DNA of 64,000 nucleotides, taken from NCBI GenBank assembly GCA_964016885.1, contig OZ024743.1, positions 204,786,001-204,850,000 of the forward strand. The letters run 5' to 3'. Shown here piece after piece: positions 1 through 12,700 of the stretch. This DNA comes from Eledone cirrhosa (taxonomy: Eukaryota). Positions within the stretch are counted from its first letter, which is position 1, and every line of letters starts with the position of its first letter. The position numbers and the translations under genes are program-made. Below the pieces are notes generated by a model. That model searched no databases, was not told where the DNA came from, and saw only the letters and a list, made by a program, of their open reading frames with translations.

Positions 1-1120
1 AAAGATCTTTTAAAAAACTACATTAAAAACCCAATTAAAAAACCCATTAAAACGCCATAAAAGTCATTAAAACGTCATTTAAAGTACCATTAAAAACGTC
101 ACTAGAAACCCAATTAAAAACACATTAAAAATTCCATTTGAAACCATATTAAAAATTTCATTAAATGCAATATTGAAAAACCCATTAAAAACACCAGTGA
201 AAACTCATATAAATACTCAATTAAAAAACCAATTAAAAATCCTATTTAAACGTCACTAAAACACCATAAAAAACACAATTAAAACGTCATTAAAACACCA
301 TTAAACTATCATTAAAAATTACATTGAAAACACCATTAAAAATTCAATTAAAACCCCATTAAAAATCCATTAAAAAGATCATCATGAACGCACTTAAACA
401 CCATCAAAAACGCATTAAAAATTAAATTAAAAAGCAATTAATTTTTTTTATCAAACCCCCATTAAAATTCCATTAAACACTCCATTAAAAACAACATTGA
501 AAACCCCCATTAAAAGCTCATACAAAATTATATTAAAAACCCAATAAAAACAATTACAACGCCATTAAAACATCATAAAAACTCATTAAAATGTCATTTA
601 AAATGCCATTAAAACCCTCACGGTGGGAAACGCAATTAAAAACACCATTAGAAATTTCATTAAAAACTCCATTAAAAATCATATTTAAAGTCAATTAGAA
701 CCCTTATTATAAATTCCATTAAAACCCATTAAGTATCCAATTGAAAAATCCATTAAGAGCTCATTAAAAATACTCCATTAAAAACCCAATTAAAAATCAT
801 TAAAACGCATTTAAACACCATAAAAACACAATTAAAACGCCATTAAAAAGACCATTAAAAACTCCATTAAAACATCCTTGAATCTATTAAAAATTTCATT
901 AAAAACGCAATCAAAAATTCCATTAAAAACCCATTTAAAAACTCATAAACAACACCATTGAAAACCCAATTAAAAACTCCATAAAAAATCCATTAAACAC
1001 CATCGAAAATCACATTAAAATTCCATTAAAACACCATTAAAAAGCCATTAAAACCCAATTTTAAACGCAATTAAAAACTGAATTAAAACACTATTAAAAA
1101 CTCATAAAAAAGGCTCATAA
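1..1120 (+). repeat. Degenerate 9-11 bp minisatellite (NNCCATTAAAA / CAATTAAAA), C/A-rich orientation; end of the block in unit 1
   Basis: Continuous variants such as acccattaaaa, ctccattaaaa, cgtcattaaaa and cccaattaaaa. Confidence 0.95.
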
Positions 1121-1580
1121 ATAATGGGGTTTTCAATTGTTTTTTATGAAATTTATAATATGCCTTTTAATGAACTTTTTAATGGGCTTTTAGTGGAGTT
1201 TTTAATGGATTTTTATGGAATTTTTAATGGCATTATTAATGGTTTTTAATTGGGCTTTTTGTGATGTTTTAATGGCGTTTTTATGACATTTTATTGTGTT
1301 TTGTGGCGTTCTAATGGCGTTTTAATTGGTTTGTTATTGGGTTTTTAATAGAGTTTTATGAACTTTTAATATGGGGTTAATGGGTTTTGAATGTGTTTTC
1401 AATGGAACTTTTAATTGAGTTTTTAATGAAATTTCTAATGGGATGTGTAATTGAATTTTTAATTGGTTTTTAATGGGTTTAGTGGGTTTATAGTGGAGTT
1501 TTTAATGGTGTTTTAATGGTGCTTCGATTGAGTTTTTAATTGAGTTTTTAATTGAGTTTTTACTGAGTTTTTAATTGAGT
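1121..1580 (-). repeat. Same minisatellite in the opposite orientation (TTTTAATGG / TTTTAATTG), block 1, present in every unit
   Basis: Abrupt polarity switch at ggctcataa|ataatgggg, followed by ttttaatggg, ttttaatggc and tttttaattgag variants. Confidence 0.95.
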
Positions 1581-1849
1581 TCTTATTTTATTTTATTTTA
1601 TTTATTTTTTATATTTAATTTTTTTTTATTTTTTTTTATTTTATTTTATTTTTATTTATTTTATTTTATTTTATTTTATTTTATTTTATTTTATTTTATT
1701 TTATTTATTTTATTTTATTTTATTTATATTTTTTAGTTTTTTTTATTTTATTTTATTTTATTTTTTTTTATTTTATTTTATTTTATTTTATTTTATTTTA
1801 TTTTATTTTTTATTTTATTTTATTTTATTTTATTTTATTTTATTTTATT
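1581..1849. repeat. (TTTTA)n pentanucleotide microsatellite, length-variable between units
   Basis: Direct reading. Equivalent tracts start near 7600, 13580, 19570, 25520, 33947, 40150, 46298, 52397 and 58230. Confidence 0.97.
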
Positions 1850-1860
1850 GAGTTTTTAAT

Positions 1861-1905
1861 TTAGTTTATAATTTAGTTTATAACTTAGTTTATAATTTAG
1901 TTTAT
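1861..1905. repeat. Short 12 bp tandem repeat (TTAGTTTATAAT/C) x ~4
   Basis: ttagtttataat ttagtttataac ttagtttataat ttagtttat; conserved in all units. Confidence 0.9.
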
Positions 1906-1909
1906 TTCT

Positions 1910-2039
1910 CCCTCTTCTCCCCCTACTGTCCTCTACAGCCAGATCTGCCTTTCTTTACCCCTCCCAAGTCTCTTCCCTCTTCTCCCCCTACTGTCCTCTA
2001 CAGCCTGATCTGCCTTTCTTTACCCCTCCCTAGTCTCTT
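1910..2039. repeat. Two tandem 65 bp pyrimidine-rich copies (1910-1974 and 1975-2039)
   Basis: ccctcttctccccctactgtcctctacagcc[a/t]gatctgcctttctttacccctccc[a/t]agtctctt occurs twice with 2 substitutions; present in every full unit. Confidence 0.95.
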
Positions 2040-2150
2040 CATTATTCAGTTTTGTTTTTATCTTTCTAAAACATCCTAGTTTTAATGAAATTAAAAGGAA
2101 ATAGCAATCGCTATAAGTGTGCAAGCCAGCATGTAACTTCATGTGTGTGT

Positions 2151-2796
2151 GTTTTTAATGGAGTTTTTAATTGAGTTTTAATGGAGTTTTAATTGAGTTT
2201 ATAATGGAGATTTAAATGGAATTTTTAATTGAGTTTTAATGTAGTTTTAATGGTGTTTTATGCCGTTTTAATGGTATTTTAATGGGGTTTTTATTTGGTT
2301 TTTTATAAAGTTTTGGGTGCGCTTTTAATGGGGGTTTAATGGGTTTTCAGTGTAGTTTTTAATGACATTTTTAATGGTTTTCCAATGGAACCTTAGTGGT
2401 GTGTTAATGCAATTTTAATTGGTTTAATGGGCTTTTAATTGTGTTTTTAATGGTGTTTTAATTGAGTTTTTAATTGCGTTTTAATTGAGTTTTTATTTCG
2501 GTTTAAATTTGAGGTTTTAATGTCTTTTCGAGGGGGGTTTAATGGGGGTTTTAATGGAGTTTTAATGGGGACTTTTAATGGAAACTTTAATTTTGTTTTA
2601 ATTGGGTTTTTATGGGTTTCCAATGTGGTTTTTAATGGCGCTTTTATTGGCATTCTTAATGATGTTTTAATTGTGTTTTAATGGGGGGTTTGGTTGGGGT
2701 TTTAATGGAGTGTTTTATGAGCTTATAATGGGGTTTTTAATGGGTTTTTCAAAATAGATTTTTAATTGAATTTTTAATGTGGTTTTTAATGGGATT

Positions 2797-2797
<1 letters not shown>
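2151..2797 (-). repeat. TTTTAATGG-orientation minisatellite, block 2, ending in a (TA)n tract
   Basis: Direct reading; the block ends ...tttttaatgggattt then (TA)n. Confidence 0.95.
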
Positions 2798-2859
<62 letters not shown>

Positions 2860-2922
2860 GTGTGTGTGTATATATATATATATAGTGTGTATGTATATAT
2901 ATATATATATATAGTGTGTGCG

Positions 2923-2952
<30 letters not shown>
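2798..2952. repeat. (TA)n microsatellite with GTGTG interruptions
   Basis: Direct reading. Confidence 0.95.
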
Positions 2953-2954
<2 letters not shown>

Positions 2955-3350
2955 ACACAAATATTAGCATATACATATTTTCTTAGTAATTGAGGATGTG
3001 TTTTTTATACATACATATGCATATTGCATCCATACATACACACATACAAGCATATACATACACATACACACACATATATATACACACACTGTATATATAT
3101 ATACATACACACACACACATATATATATATACACCACACACTATATATATATATAGTGTGTGTGTGTATATATATATGTGTGTGTGTGTGTATGTATATA
3201 TATATATACAGTGTGTGTATATATGTGTGTGTGTATGTCTATGTATATGCTTGTATGTGTGTATGTATGTATGTATGCAATATGCATATGTATGTATAAA
3301 AACACATCCTCAATGACTAAGAAATTATGTATATGCTAATATTTGTGTTA
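2953..3350. repeat. ~400 bp near-perfect palindrome centred on a (TA)n run (~3148), present in every full unit
   Basis: The left end taacacaaatattagcatatacatattttcttagtaattgaggatgtg is the reverse complement of the right end cacatcctcaatgactaagaaattatgtatatgctaatatttgtgtta (2 mismatches). Inner landmarks also pair: acaagcat/atgcttgt, cactgta/tacagtg and cacacta/tagtgtg. Confidence 0.96.
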
Positions 3351-3549
3351 ATGTCTATATAAATGTATGTATGTAGTATATGCAAGTGTTCGTGCAAATT
3401 GAAAATAGATTTAATAATTTTAATAATATCTAGAACAATGTGATCTAAAAAAAATATTTTTTAAGATACGAATATATCGTTGTCAGCTTAATATGGCACT
3501 AACGCAAAATATAAATCCCAGTTTATATATAGTGTGTAACATGAAAGTG

Positions 3550-3552
<3 letters not shown>

Positions 3553-3598
<46 letters not shown>

Positions 3599-3617
3599 AT
3601 ATATATATATATATATA

Positions 3618-3687
<70 letters not shown>

Positions 3688-3688
3688 A

Positions 3689-3726
<38 letters not shown>

Positions 3727-3864
3727 ATACACATATATATGTGTAAATATATATATACACATATATATGTGTAAATATATATATACACATATATATATAC
3801 ACATATATATGTGTAAATATATATATATATACATATATATGTATGTATGTATATATATATATAT
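3553..3864. repeat. (TA)n tract punctuated by TTTAA, followed by three self-complementary TACACATATATATGTGTA-type units
   Basis: Direct reading; 3728-3745 is a perfect 18 bp palindrome. The number of TA/TTTAA modules varies between units. Confidence 0.93.
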
Positions 3865-6800
3865 AAACACCATTAAAAACTCCATTGAAAAGCTCATAAA
3901 AACTCATTAAAAACCCAATAAAAAGCACACTAAACCACCATTAAAAGCTACATCCGAAACCCATTAAAAACTATATTAAAACACCATTAAAATTCCATTA
4001 AAAACCACATTAAAATCCATTAAAAATCCAATTAAAAACAGTAAAAACTTAATTGTAAACGTAATCGAAAGCGCAAGTAAAACAACATTAAAACCATTTA
4101 ACACCCCATTAAAACCCACAAAAATACCACCAGAACCCATTAAAATCCCATAACCGCCATTAAAATTCCATTAAAAATATTATCAAAAACTTCATTTAAA
4201 ACACACTGGAAACCCATTAAACTTCATAATTCTCGTTAAAAAAAATTCATTAAAAACTCAATCAAAAACCCAATTAAAAGGCCATAAAAGAAACATTAAA
4301 ACAGCATTTAAAATACCATTAAAAACGCCATAAAAAACATTAAAATCCCATTAAAAATACATTAAAGGCCCATTAAAAATTCCACTAAAAACCTCATTGA
4401 AAACCCCATTTAAAACCTAATTAGAAGCTCATAAAAACTCCCAAAACCCCCCCAAAAAACCATTAAAACGTCATTAAAACGTCATAAAACGCTATTAAAA
4501 CGTCATTAAAAATGTCATTAAAAACTCCATTGATAACTCAATTAAAAACTGCATTTTACCCCCCTCCTCCCCCATTAAAAACACATTAAACACTCCATTA
4601 AAATTACCATTAAAAACCAATTAAATACTCCATTAAACACTATATTAAAACCGCAATTATAAATTCTTTAAAAATCCAATTAAAAACCATATTATAAACT
4701 CCATTAAAAATCCAATTAAAAACCCTACTGAAAATCCCATTATAAAATTACATAAAAAACCCATAATAATAGTCCTTTAAAAAACCAATTAAAAATCCTA
4801 TTAAAACGCCATAAAAAACACCATTAAAACGTCATTAAAAATACAATTGAAAACACCATTAAAAAATACATTGCAAATTCCATTAAAAGACCCATTAAAA
4901 ACTCCATTAAAAACATCACTAAAAAGCCCATTAAAAAGCTCATAAAACCCATTAAAATACAATTAATAACCAATTAACACTCCATTAAAAACCATTACAA
5001 CCGTCATTAAAATGCCATAAAATACCATTAAAACGCCATTAAGAACGCCATTAAAATCGTCATTAAAAACCTCATTAAAAACTACATTAAAACTTCATTA
5101 AAAACTCCATTAAAACCTCCATTATAAACTCTATTAAACTCCATTAAAAACTCAATTAAATCCCCCATTAAACCCCCATTAAGCCCCATTAAAAGCCCCT
5201 GAAAAATGCAACTAAAAACCAATTTTAAAACCCCATTAAAACACAATTAAAAGTCCATTGGAAACCCCCATTAAAATTCCATTAAAAATTCATTAAAAAC
5301 TTAGTAAAAACTCGATTTTATACTCAATTAAAAAGGTAATTGAAAACTCAATTAGCACACCATTAAAAACTCATTAAAAAGCCCATAAAAACTCCATAGA
5401 AAATCTAATTGAAAAACATTAAAAATTCAGTTAAAAACCTGATTGAAAACCCCAATAAAAGTTCATTAAAAAAACTCCATTAAAAAAATCAATCAAAACC
5501 CCATTAAAATAACATTGAAACTTATCGAAGCGTCATTAAGGATACCATTAAAAAACACCATTAAAACGGCATTGAAAACCCATTATAAAAAATTAAAGGA
5601 TCCGTAAAAAACACCATTATAAATCCATTAAAAACCTAATTGAAAAACCCATTAAAACTCAATTTTTAAACTAGATTAAAAACGCAATTAAAAACGCAAT
5701 TAAAAGCTCAATGAAAAACCATTAAAAACACCATTAAAAACTCTAAAAAAAAAGAGCACTAGCCATTAAAACTCCATTAAAACACATTGAAACCTACTAC
5801 CCCCATTAAACCCCATTAAAATTGCATTAAACACATTACACATCCATTAAAGCCCATTAGAAGGACCATCAAATATTTAAATTTAAACTAAATCAGAAAC
5901 TCGCTTAAAACACCATTAAAAACACATTAAAATGTCACTAATACCATTAACAACCACACCAAAAACTCCATTAATATACCATTAAAAACCGCATTGAAAA
6001 CCCATAAAATCCCAAGTAAAGATCTTTTAAAAAACTACATTAAAAACCCAATTAAAAAACCCATTAAAACGCCATAAAAGTCATTAAAACGTCATTTAAA
6101 GTACCATTAAAAACGTCACTAGAAACCCAATTAAAAACACATTAAAAATTCCATTTGAAACCATATTAAAAATTTCATTAAATGCAATATTGAAAAACCC
6201 ATTAAAAACACCAGTGAAAACTCATATAAATACTCAATTAAAAAACCAATTAAAAATCCTATTTAAACGTCACTAAAACACCATAAAAAACACAATTAAA
6301 ACGTCATTAAAACACCATTAAACTATCATTAAAAATTACATTGAAAACACCATTAAAAAGTCAATTAAAACCCCATTAAAAATCCATTAAAAAGATCATC
6401 ATGAACGCACTTAAACACCATCAAAAACGCATTAAAAATTAAATTAAAAAGCAATTAATTTTTTTTATCAAACCCCCATTAAAATTCCATTAAACACTCC
6501 ATTAAAAACAACATTGAAAACCCCCATTAAAAGCTCATACAAAATTATATTAAAAACCCAATAAAAACAATTACAACGCCATTAAAACATCATAAAAACT
6601 CATTAAAATGTCATTTGAAATGCCATTAAAACCCTCACGGGGGGAAACGCAATTAAAAACACCATTAGAAATTTCATTAAAAACTCCATTAAAAATCATA
6701 TTTAAAGTCAATTAGAACCCTTATTATAAATTCCATTAAAACCCATTAAGTATCCAATTGAAAAATCCATTAAGAGCTCATTAAAAATACTCCATTAAAA

Positions 6801-7137
6801 ACCCAATTAAAAATCATTAAAACGCATTTAAACACCATAAAAACACAATTAAAACGCCATTAAAAAGACCATTAAAAACTCCATTAAAACATCCTTGAAT
6901 CTATTAAAAATTTCATTAAAAACGCAATCAAAAATTCCATTAAAAACCCATTTAAAAACTCATAAACAACACCATTGAAAACCCAATTAAAAACTCCATA
7001 AAAAATCCATTAAACACCATCGAAAATCACATTAAAATTCCATTAAAACACCATTAAAAAGCCATTAAAACCCAATTTTAAACGCAATTAAAAACTGAAT
7101 TAAAACACTATTAAAAACTCATAAAAAAGGCTCATAA
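3865..7137 (+). repeat. Complete ~3.3 kb CCATTAAAA-orientation minisatellite block spanning the unit 1/2 anchor
   Basis: Starts at (TA)n|aaacaccattaaaaactcc and runs to the polarity switch at ~7137. Confidence 0.95.
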
Positions 7138-8812
7138 ATAATGGGGTTTTCAATTGTTTTTTATGAAATTTATAATATGCCTTTTAATGAACTTTTTAAT
7201 GGGCTTTTAGTGGAGTTTTTAATGGATTTTTATGGAATTTTTAATGGCATTATTAATGGTTTTTAATTGGGCTTTTTGTGATGTTTTAATGGCGTTTTTA
7301 TGACATTTTATTGTGTTTTGTGGCGTTCTAATGGCGTTTTAATTGGTTTGTTATTGGGTTTTTAATAGAGTTTTATGAACTTTTAATATGGGGTTAATGG
7401 GTTTTGAATGTGTTTTCAATGGAACTTTTAATTGAGTTTTTAATGAAATTTCTAATGGGATGTGTAATTGAATTTTTAATTGGTTTTTAATGGGTTTAGT
7501 GGGTTTATAGTGGAGTTTTTAATGGTGTTTTAATGGTGCTTCGATTGAGTTTTTAATTGAGTTTTTAATTGAGTTTTTACTGAGTTTTTAATTGAGTTCT
7601 TATTTTATTTTATTTTATTTATTTTTTATATTTAATTTTTTTTTATTTTTTTTTATTTTATTTTATTTTTATTTATTTTATTTTATTTTATTTTATTTTA
7701 TTTTATTTTATTTTATTTTATTTATTTTATTTTATTTTATTTATATTTTTTAGTTTTTTTTATTTTATTTTATTTTATTTTTTTTTATTTTATTTTATTT
7801 TATTTTATTTTATTTTATTTTATTTTTTATTTTATTTTATTTTATTTTATTTTATTTTATTTTATTGAGTTTTTAATTTAGTTTATAATTTAGTTTATAA
7901 CTTAGTTTATAATTTAGTTTATTTCTCCCTCTTCTCCCCCTACTGTCCTCTACAGCCAGATCTGCCTTTCTTTACCCCTCCCAAGTCTCTTCCCTCTTCT
8001 CCCCCTACTGTCCTCTACAGCCTGATCTGCCTTTCTTTACCCCTCCCTAGTCTCTTCATTATTCAGTTTTGTTTTTATCTTTCTAAAACATCCTAGTTTT
8101 AATGAAATTAAAAGGAAATAGCAATCGCTATAAGTGTGCAAGCCAGCATGTAACTTCATGTGTGTGTGTTTTTAATGGAGTTTTTAATTGAGTTTTAATG
8201 GAGTTTTAATTGAGTTTATAATGGAGATTTAAATGGAATTTTTAATTGAGTTTTAATGTAGTTTTAATGGTGTTTTATGCCGTTTTAATGGTATTTTAAT
8301 GGGGTTTTTATTTGGTTTTTTATAAAGTTTTGGGTGCGCTTTTAATGGGGGTTTAATGGGTTTTCAGTGTAGTTTTTAATGACATTTTTAATGGTTTTCC
8401 AATGGAACCTTAGTGGTGTGTTAATGCAATTTTAATTGGTTTAATGGGCTTTTAATTGTGTTTTTAATGGTGTTTTAATTGAGTTTTTAATTGCGTTTTA
8501 ATTGAGTTTTTATTTCGGTTTAAATTTGAGGTTTTAATGTCTTTTCGAGGGGGGTTTAATGGGGGTTTTAATGGAGTTTTAATGGGGACTTTTAATGGAA
8601 ACTTTATTTTGTTTTAATTGGGTTTTTATGGGTTTCCAATGTGGTTTTTAATGGCGCTTTTATTGGCATTCTTAATGATGTTTTAATTGTGTTTTAATGG
8701 GGGGTTTGGTTGGGGTTTTAATGGAGTGTTTTATGAGCTTATAATGGGGTTTTTAATGGGTTTTTCAAAATAGATTTTTAATTGAATTTTTAATGTGGTT
8801 TTTAATGGGATT

Positions 8813-8869
<57 letters not shown>

Positions 8870-8932
8870 GTGTGTGTGTATATATATATATATAGTGTGT
8901 ATGTATATATATATATATATATAGTGTGTGCG

Positions 8933-8964
<32 letters not shown>

Positions 8965-9559
8965 ACACAAATATTAGCATATACATATTTTCTTAGTAAT
9001 TGAGGATGTGTTTTTTATACATACATATGCATATTGCATCCATACATACACACATACAAGCATATACATACACATACACACACATATATATACACACACT
9101 GTATATATATATACATACACACACACACATATATATATATACACCACACACTATATATATATATAGTGTGTGTGTGTATATATATATGTGTGTGTGTGTG
9201 TATGTATATATATATATACAGTGTGTGTATATATGTGTGTGTGTATGTCTATGTATATGCTTGTATGTGTGTATGTATGTATGTATGCAATATGCATATG
9301 TATGTATAAAAACACATCCTCAATGACTAAGAAATTATGTATATGCTAATATTTGTGTTAGTGTCTATATAAATGTATGTATGTAGTATATGCAAGTGTT
9401 CGTGCAAATTGAAAATAGATTTAATAATTTTAATAATATCTAGAACAATGTGATCTAAAAAAAATATTTTTTAAGATACGAATATATCGTTGTCAGCTTA
9501 ATATGGCACTAACGCAAAATATAAATCCCAGTTTATATATAGTGTGTAACATGAAAGTG

Positions 9560-9598
<39 letters not shown>

Positions 9599-9671
9599 AT
9601 ATATATATATATATATATATATTTAATATATATATATATATATATATATTTAATATATATATATATATATA

Positions 9672-9737
<66 letters not shown>

Positions 9738-9738
9738 A

Positions 9739-9776
<38 letters not shown>

Positions 9777-12700
9777 ATACACATATATATGTGTAAATAT
9801 ATATATACACATATATATGTGTAAATATATATATACACATATATATATACACATATATATGTGTAAATATATATATATACATATATATGTATGTATGTAT
9901 ATATATATATATAAACACCATTAAAAACTCCATTGAAAAGCTCATAAAAACTCATTAAAAACCCAATAAAAAGCACACTAAACCACCATTAAAAGCTACA
10001 TCCGAAACCCATTAAAAACTATATTAAAACACCATTAAAATTCCATTAAAAACCACATTAAAATCCATTAAAAATCCAATTAAAAACAGTAAAAACTTAA
10101 TTGTAAACGTAATCGAAAGCGCAAGTAAAACAACATTAAAACCATTTAACACCCCATTAAAACCCACAAAAATACCACCAGAACCCATTAAAATCCCATA
10201 ACCGCCATTAAAATTCCATTAAAAATATTATCAAAAACTTCATTTAAAACACACTGGAAACCCATTAAACTTCATAATTCTCGTTAAAAAAAATTCATTA
10301 AAAACTCAATCAAAAACCCAATTAAAAGGCCATAAAAGAAACATTAAAACAGCATTTAAAATACCATTAAAAACGCCATAAAAAACATTAAAATCCCATT
10401 AAAAATACATTAAAGGCCCATTAAAATTCCACTAAAAACCTCATTGAAAACCCCATTTAAAACCTAATTAGAAGCTCATAAAAACTCCCAAAACCCCCAA
10501 AAAACCCCATTAAAACGTCATTAAAACGTCATAAAACGCTATTAAAACGTCATTAAAAATGTCATTAAAAACTCCATTGATAACTCAATTAAAAACTGCA
10601 TTTTACCCCCCTCCCCCCATTAAAAACACATTAAACACTCCATTAAAATTACCATTAAAAACCAATTAAATACTCCATTAAACACTATATTAAAACCGCA
10701 ATTATAAATTCTTTAAAAATCCAATTAAAAACCATATTATAAACTCCATTAAAAATCCAATTAAAAACCCTACTGAAAATCCCATTATAAAATTACATAA
10801 AAAACCCATAATAATAGTCCTTAAAAAAAACAATTAAAAATCCTATTAAAACGCCATAAAAAACACCATTAAAACGTCATTAAAAATACAATTGAAAACA
10901 CCATTAAAAACTACATTGCAAATTCCATTAAAAGACCCATTAAAAACTCCATTAAAAACACCACTAAAAAGTCCATTAAAAAGCTCATAAAACCCATTAA
11001 AATACAATTAATAACCAATTAACACTCCATTAAAAACCATTACAACCGTCATTAAAATGCCATAAAATACCATTAAAACGCCATTAAGAACGCCATTAAA
11101 ATCGTCATTAAAAACCTCATTAAAAACTACATTAAAACTTCATTAAAAACTCCATTAAAACCTCCATTATAAACTCTATTAAACTCCATTAAAAACTCAA
11201 TTAAATCCCCCATTAAACCCCCATTAAGCCCCATTAAAAGCCCCTGAAAAATGCAACTAAAAACAAATTTTAAAACCCCATTAAAACACAATTAAAAGTC
11301 CATTGGAAACCCCATTAAAATTCCATTAAAAATTCATTAAAAACTTAGTAAAAACTCGATTTTATACTCAATTAAAAAGGTAATTGAAAACTCAATTAGC
11401 ACACCATTAAAAACTCATTAAAAAGCCCATAAAAACTCCATAAAAAATCTAATTGAAAAACATTAAAAATTCAGTTAAAAACCTGATTGAAAACCCCAAT
11501 AAAAGTTCATTAAAAAAACTCCATTAAAAAATCAATCAAAACCCCATTAAAATAACATTGAAACTTATCGAAGCGTCATTAAGGATACCATCAAAAAACA
11601 CCATTAAAACGGCATTGAAAACCCATTATAAAAAATTAAAGGGTCCGTAAAAAACACCATTATAAATCCATTAAAAACCTAATTGAAAAACCCATTAAAA
11701 CTCAATTTTTAAACTAGATTAAAAACGCAATTAAAAACGCAATTAAAAGCTCAATGAAAAACCATTAAAAACACCATTAAAAACTCTAAAAAAAAAGAGC
11801 ACTAGCCATTAAAACTCCATTAAAACCCATTGAAACCTACTACCCCCATTAAACCCCATTAAAATTGCATTAAACACATTACACATCCATTAAAGCCCAT
11901 TAGAAGGACCATCAAATATTTAAATTTAAACTAAATCAGAAACTCGCTTAAAACACCATTAAAAACACATTAAAATGTTACTAATACCATTAACAACCAC
12001 ACCAAAAACTCCATTAATATACCATTAAAAACCGCTTTGAAAACCCATAAAATCCCAAGTAAAGATCTTTTAAAAAACTACATTAAAAACCCAATTAAAA
12101 AACCCATTAAAACGCCATAAAAGTCATTAAAACGTCATTTAAAGTACCATTAAAAACGTCACTAGAAACCCAATTAAAAATACATTAAAAATTCCATTTG
12201 AAACCATATTAAAAATTTCATTAAATGCAATATTGAAAAACCCATTAAAAACACCAGTGAAAACTCATATAAATACTCAATTAAAAAACCAATTAAAAAT
12301 CATATTTAAACGTCACTAAAACACCATAAAAAACACAATTAAAACGTCATTAAAACACCATTAAACTATCATTAAAAATTACATTGAAAACACCATTAAA
12401 AATTCAATTAAAACCCCATTAAAAATCCATTAAAAAGATCATCATGAACGCACTTAAACACCATCAAAAACGCATTAAAAATTAAATTAAAAAGCAATTA
12501 ATTTTTTTTATCAAACCCCCATTAAAATTCCATTAAACACTCCATTAAAAACAACATTGAAAACCCCCATTAAAAGCTCATACAAAATTATATTAAAAAC
12601 CCAATAAAAAACAATTACAACGCCATTAAAACATCATAAAAACTCATTAAAATGTCATTAAAAACTCCATTAAAAATCATATTTAAAGTCAATTAGAACC

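Noticed and set aside
1-1120. CRISPR-like or telomeric interpretation of the short repeats
   Set aside because: There is no constant 23-50 bp repeat with unique spacers and no cas genes. The motif is degenerate and is not TTAGG or TTAGGG-like.
2037-2046. CTTCATTATT in the satellite unit matching the ribozyme stem I strand
   Set aside because: A 10 bp AT-rich match without a catalytic core is plausible by chance in this base composition.
2447-2653. 68 aa P/K/L/I-rich ORF (MPIKAPLK...) recurring in 4 units
   Set aside because: It is a translation of the CCATTAAAA minisatellite, is disrupted in the other units and has no recognisable domain.
2749-3928. Y/I/H/T/C/V-rich ORFs over TA/CA/TG tracts, and their equivalents in all units
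   Set aside because: They are translations of stop-poor dinucleotide microsatellites, and frames shift from unit to unit with repeat length.
1-6017. rDNA, 5S, histone or snRNA tandem gene unit as an explanation for the 6 kb period
   Set aside because: No recognisable rRNA, tRNA, snRNA or histone sequence; the only complex segments are ~250 and ~200 bp and match nothing I recognise.
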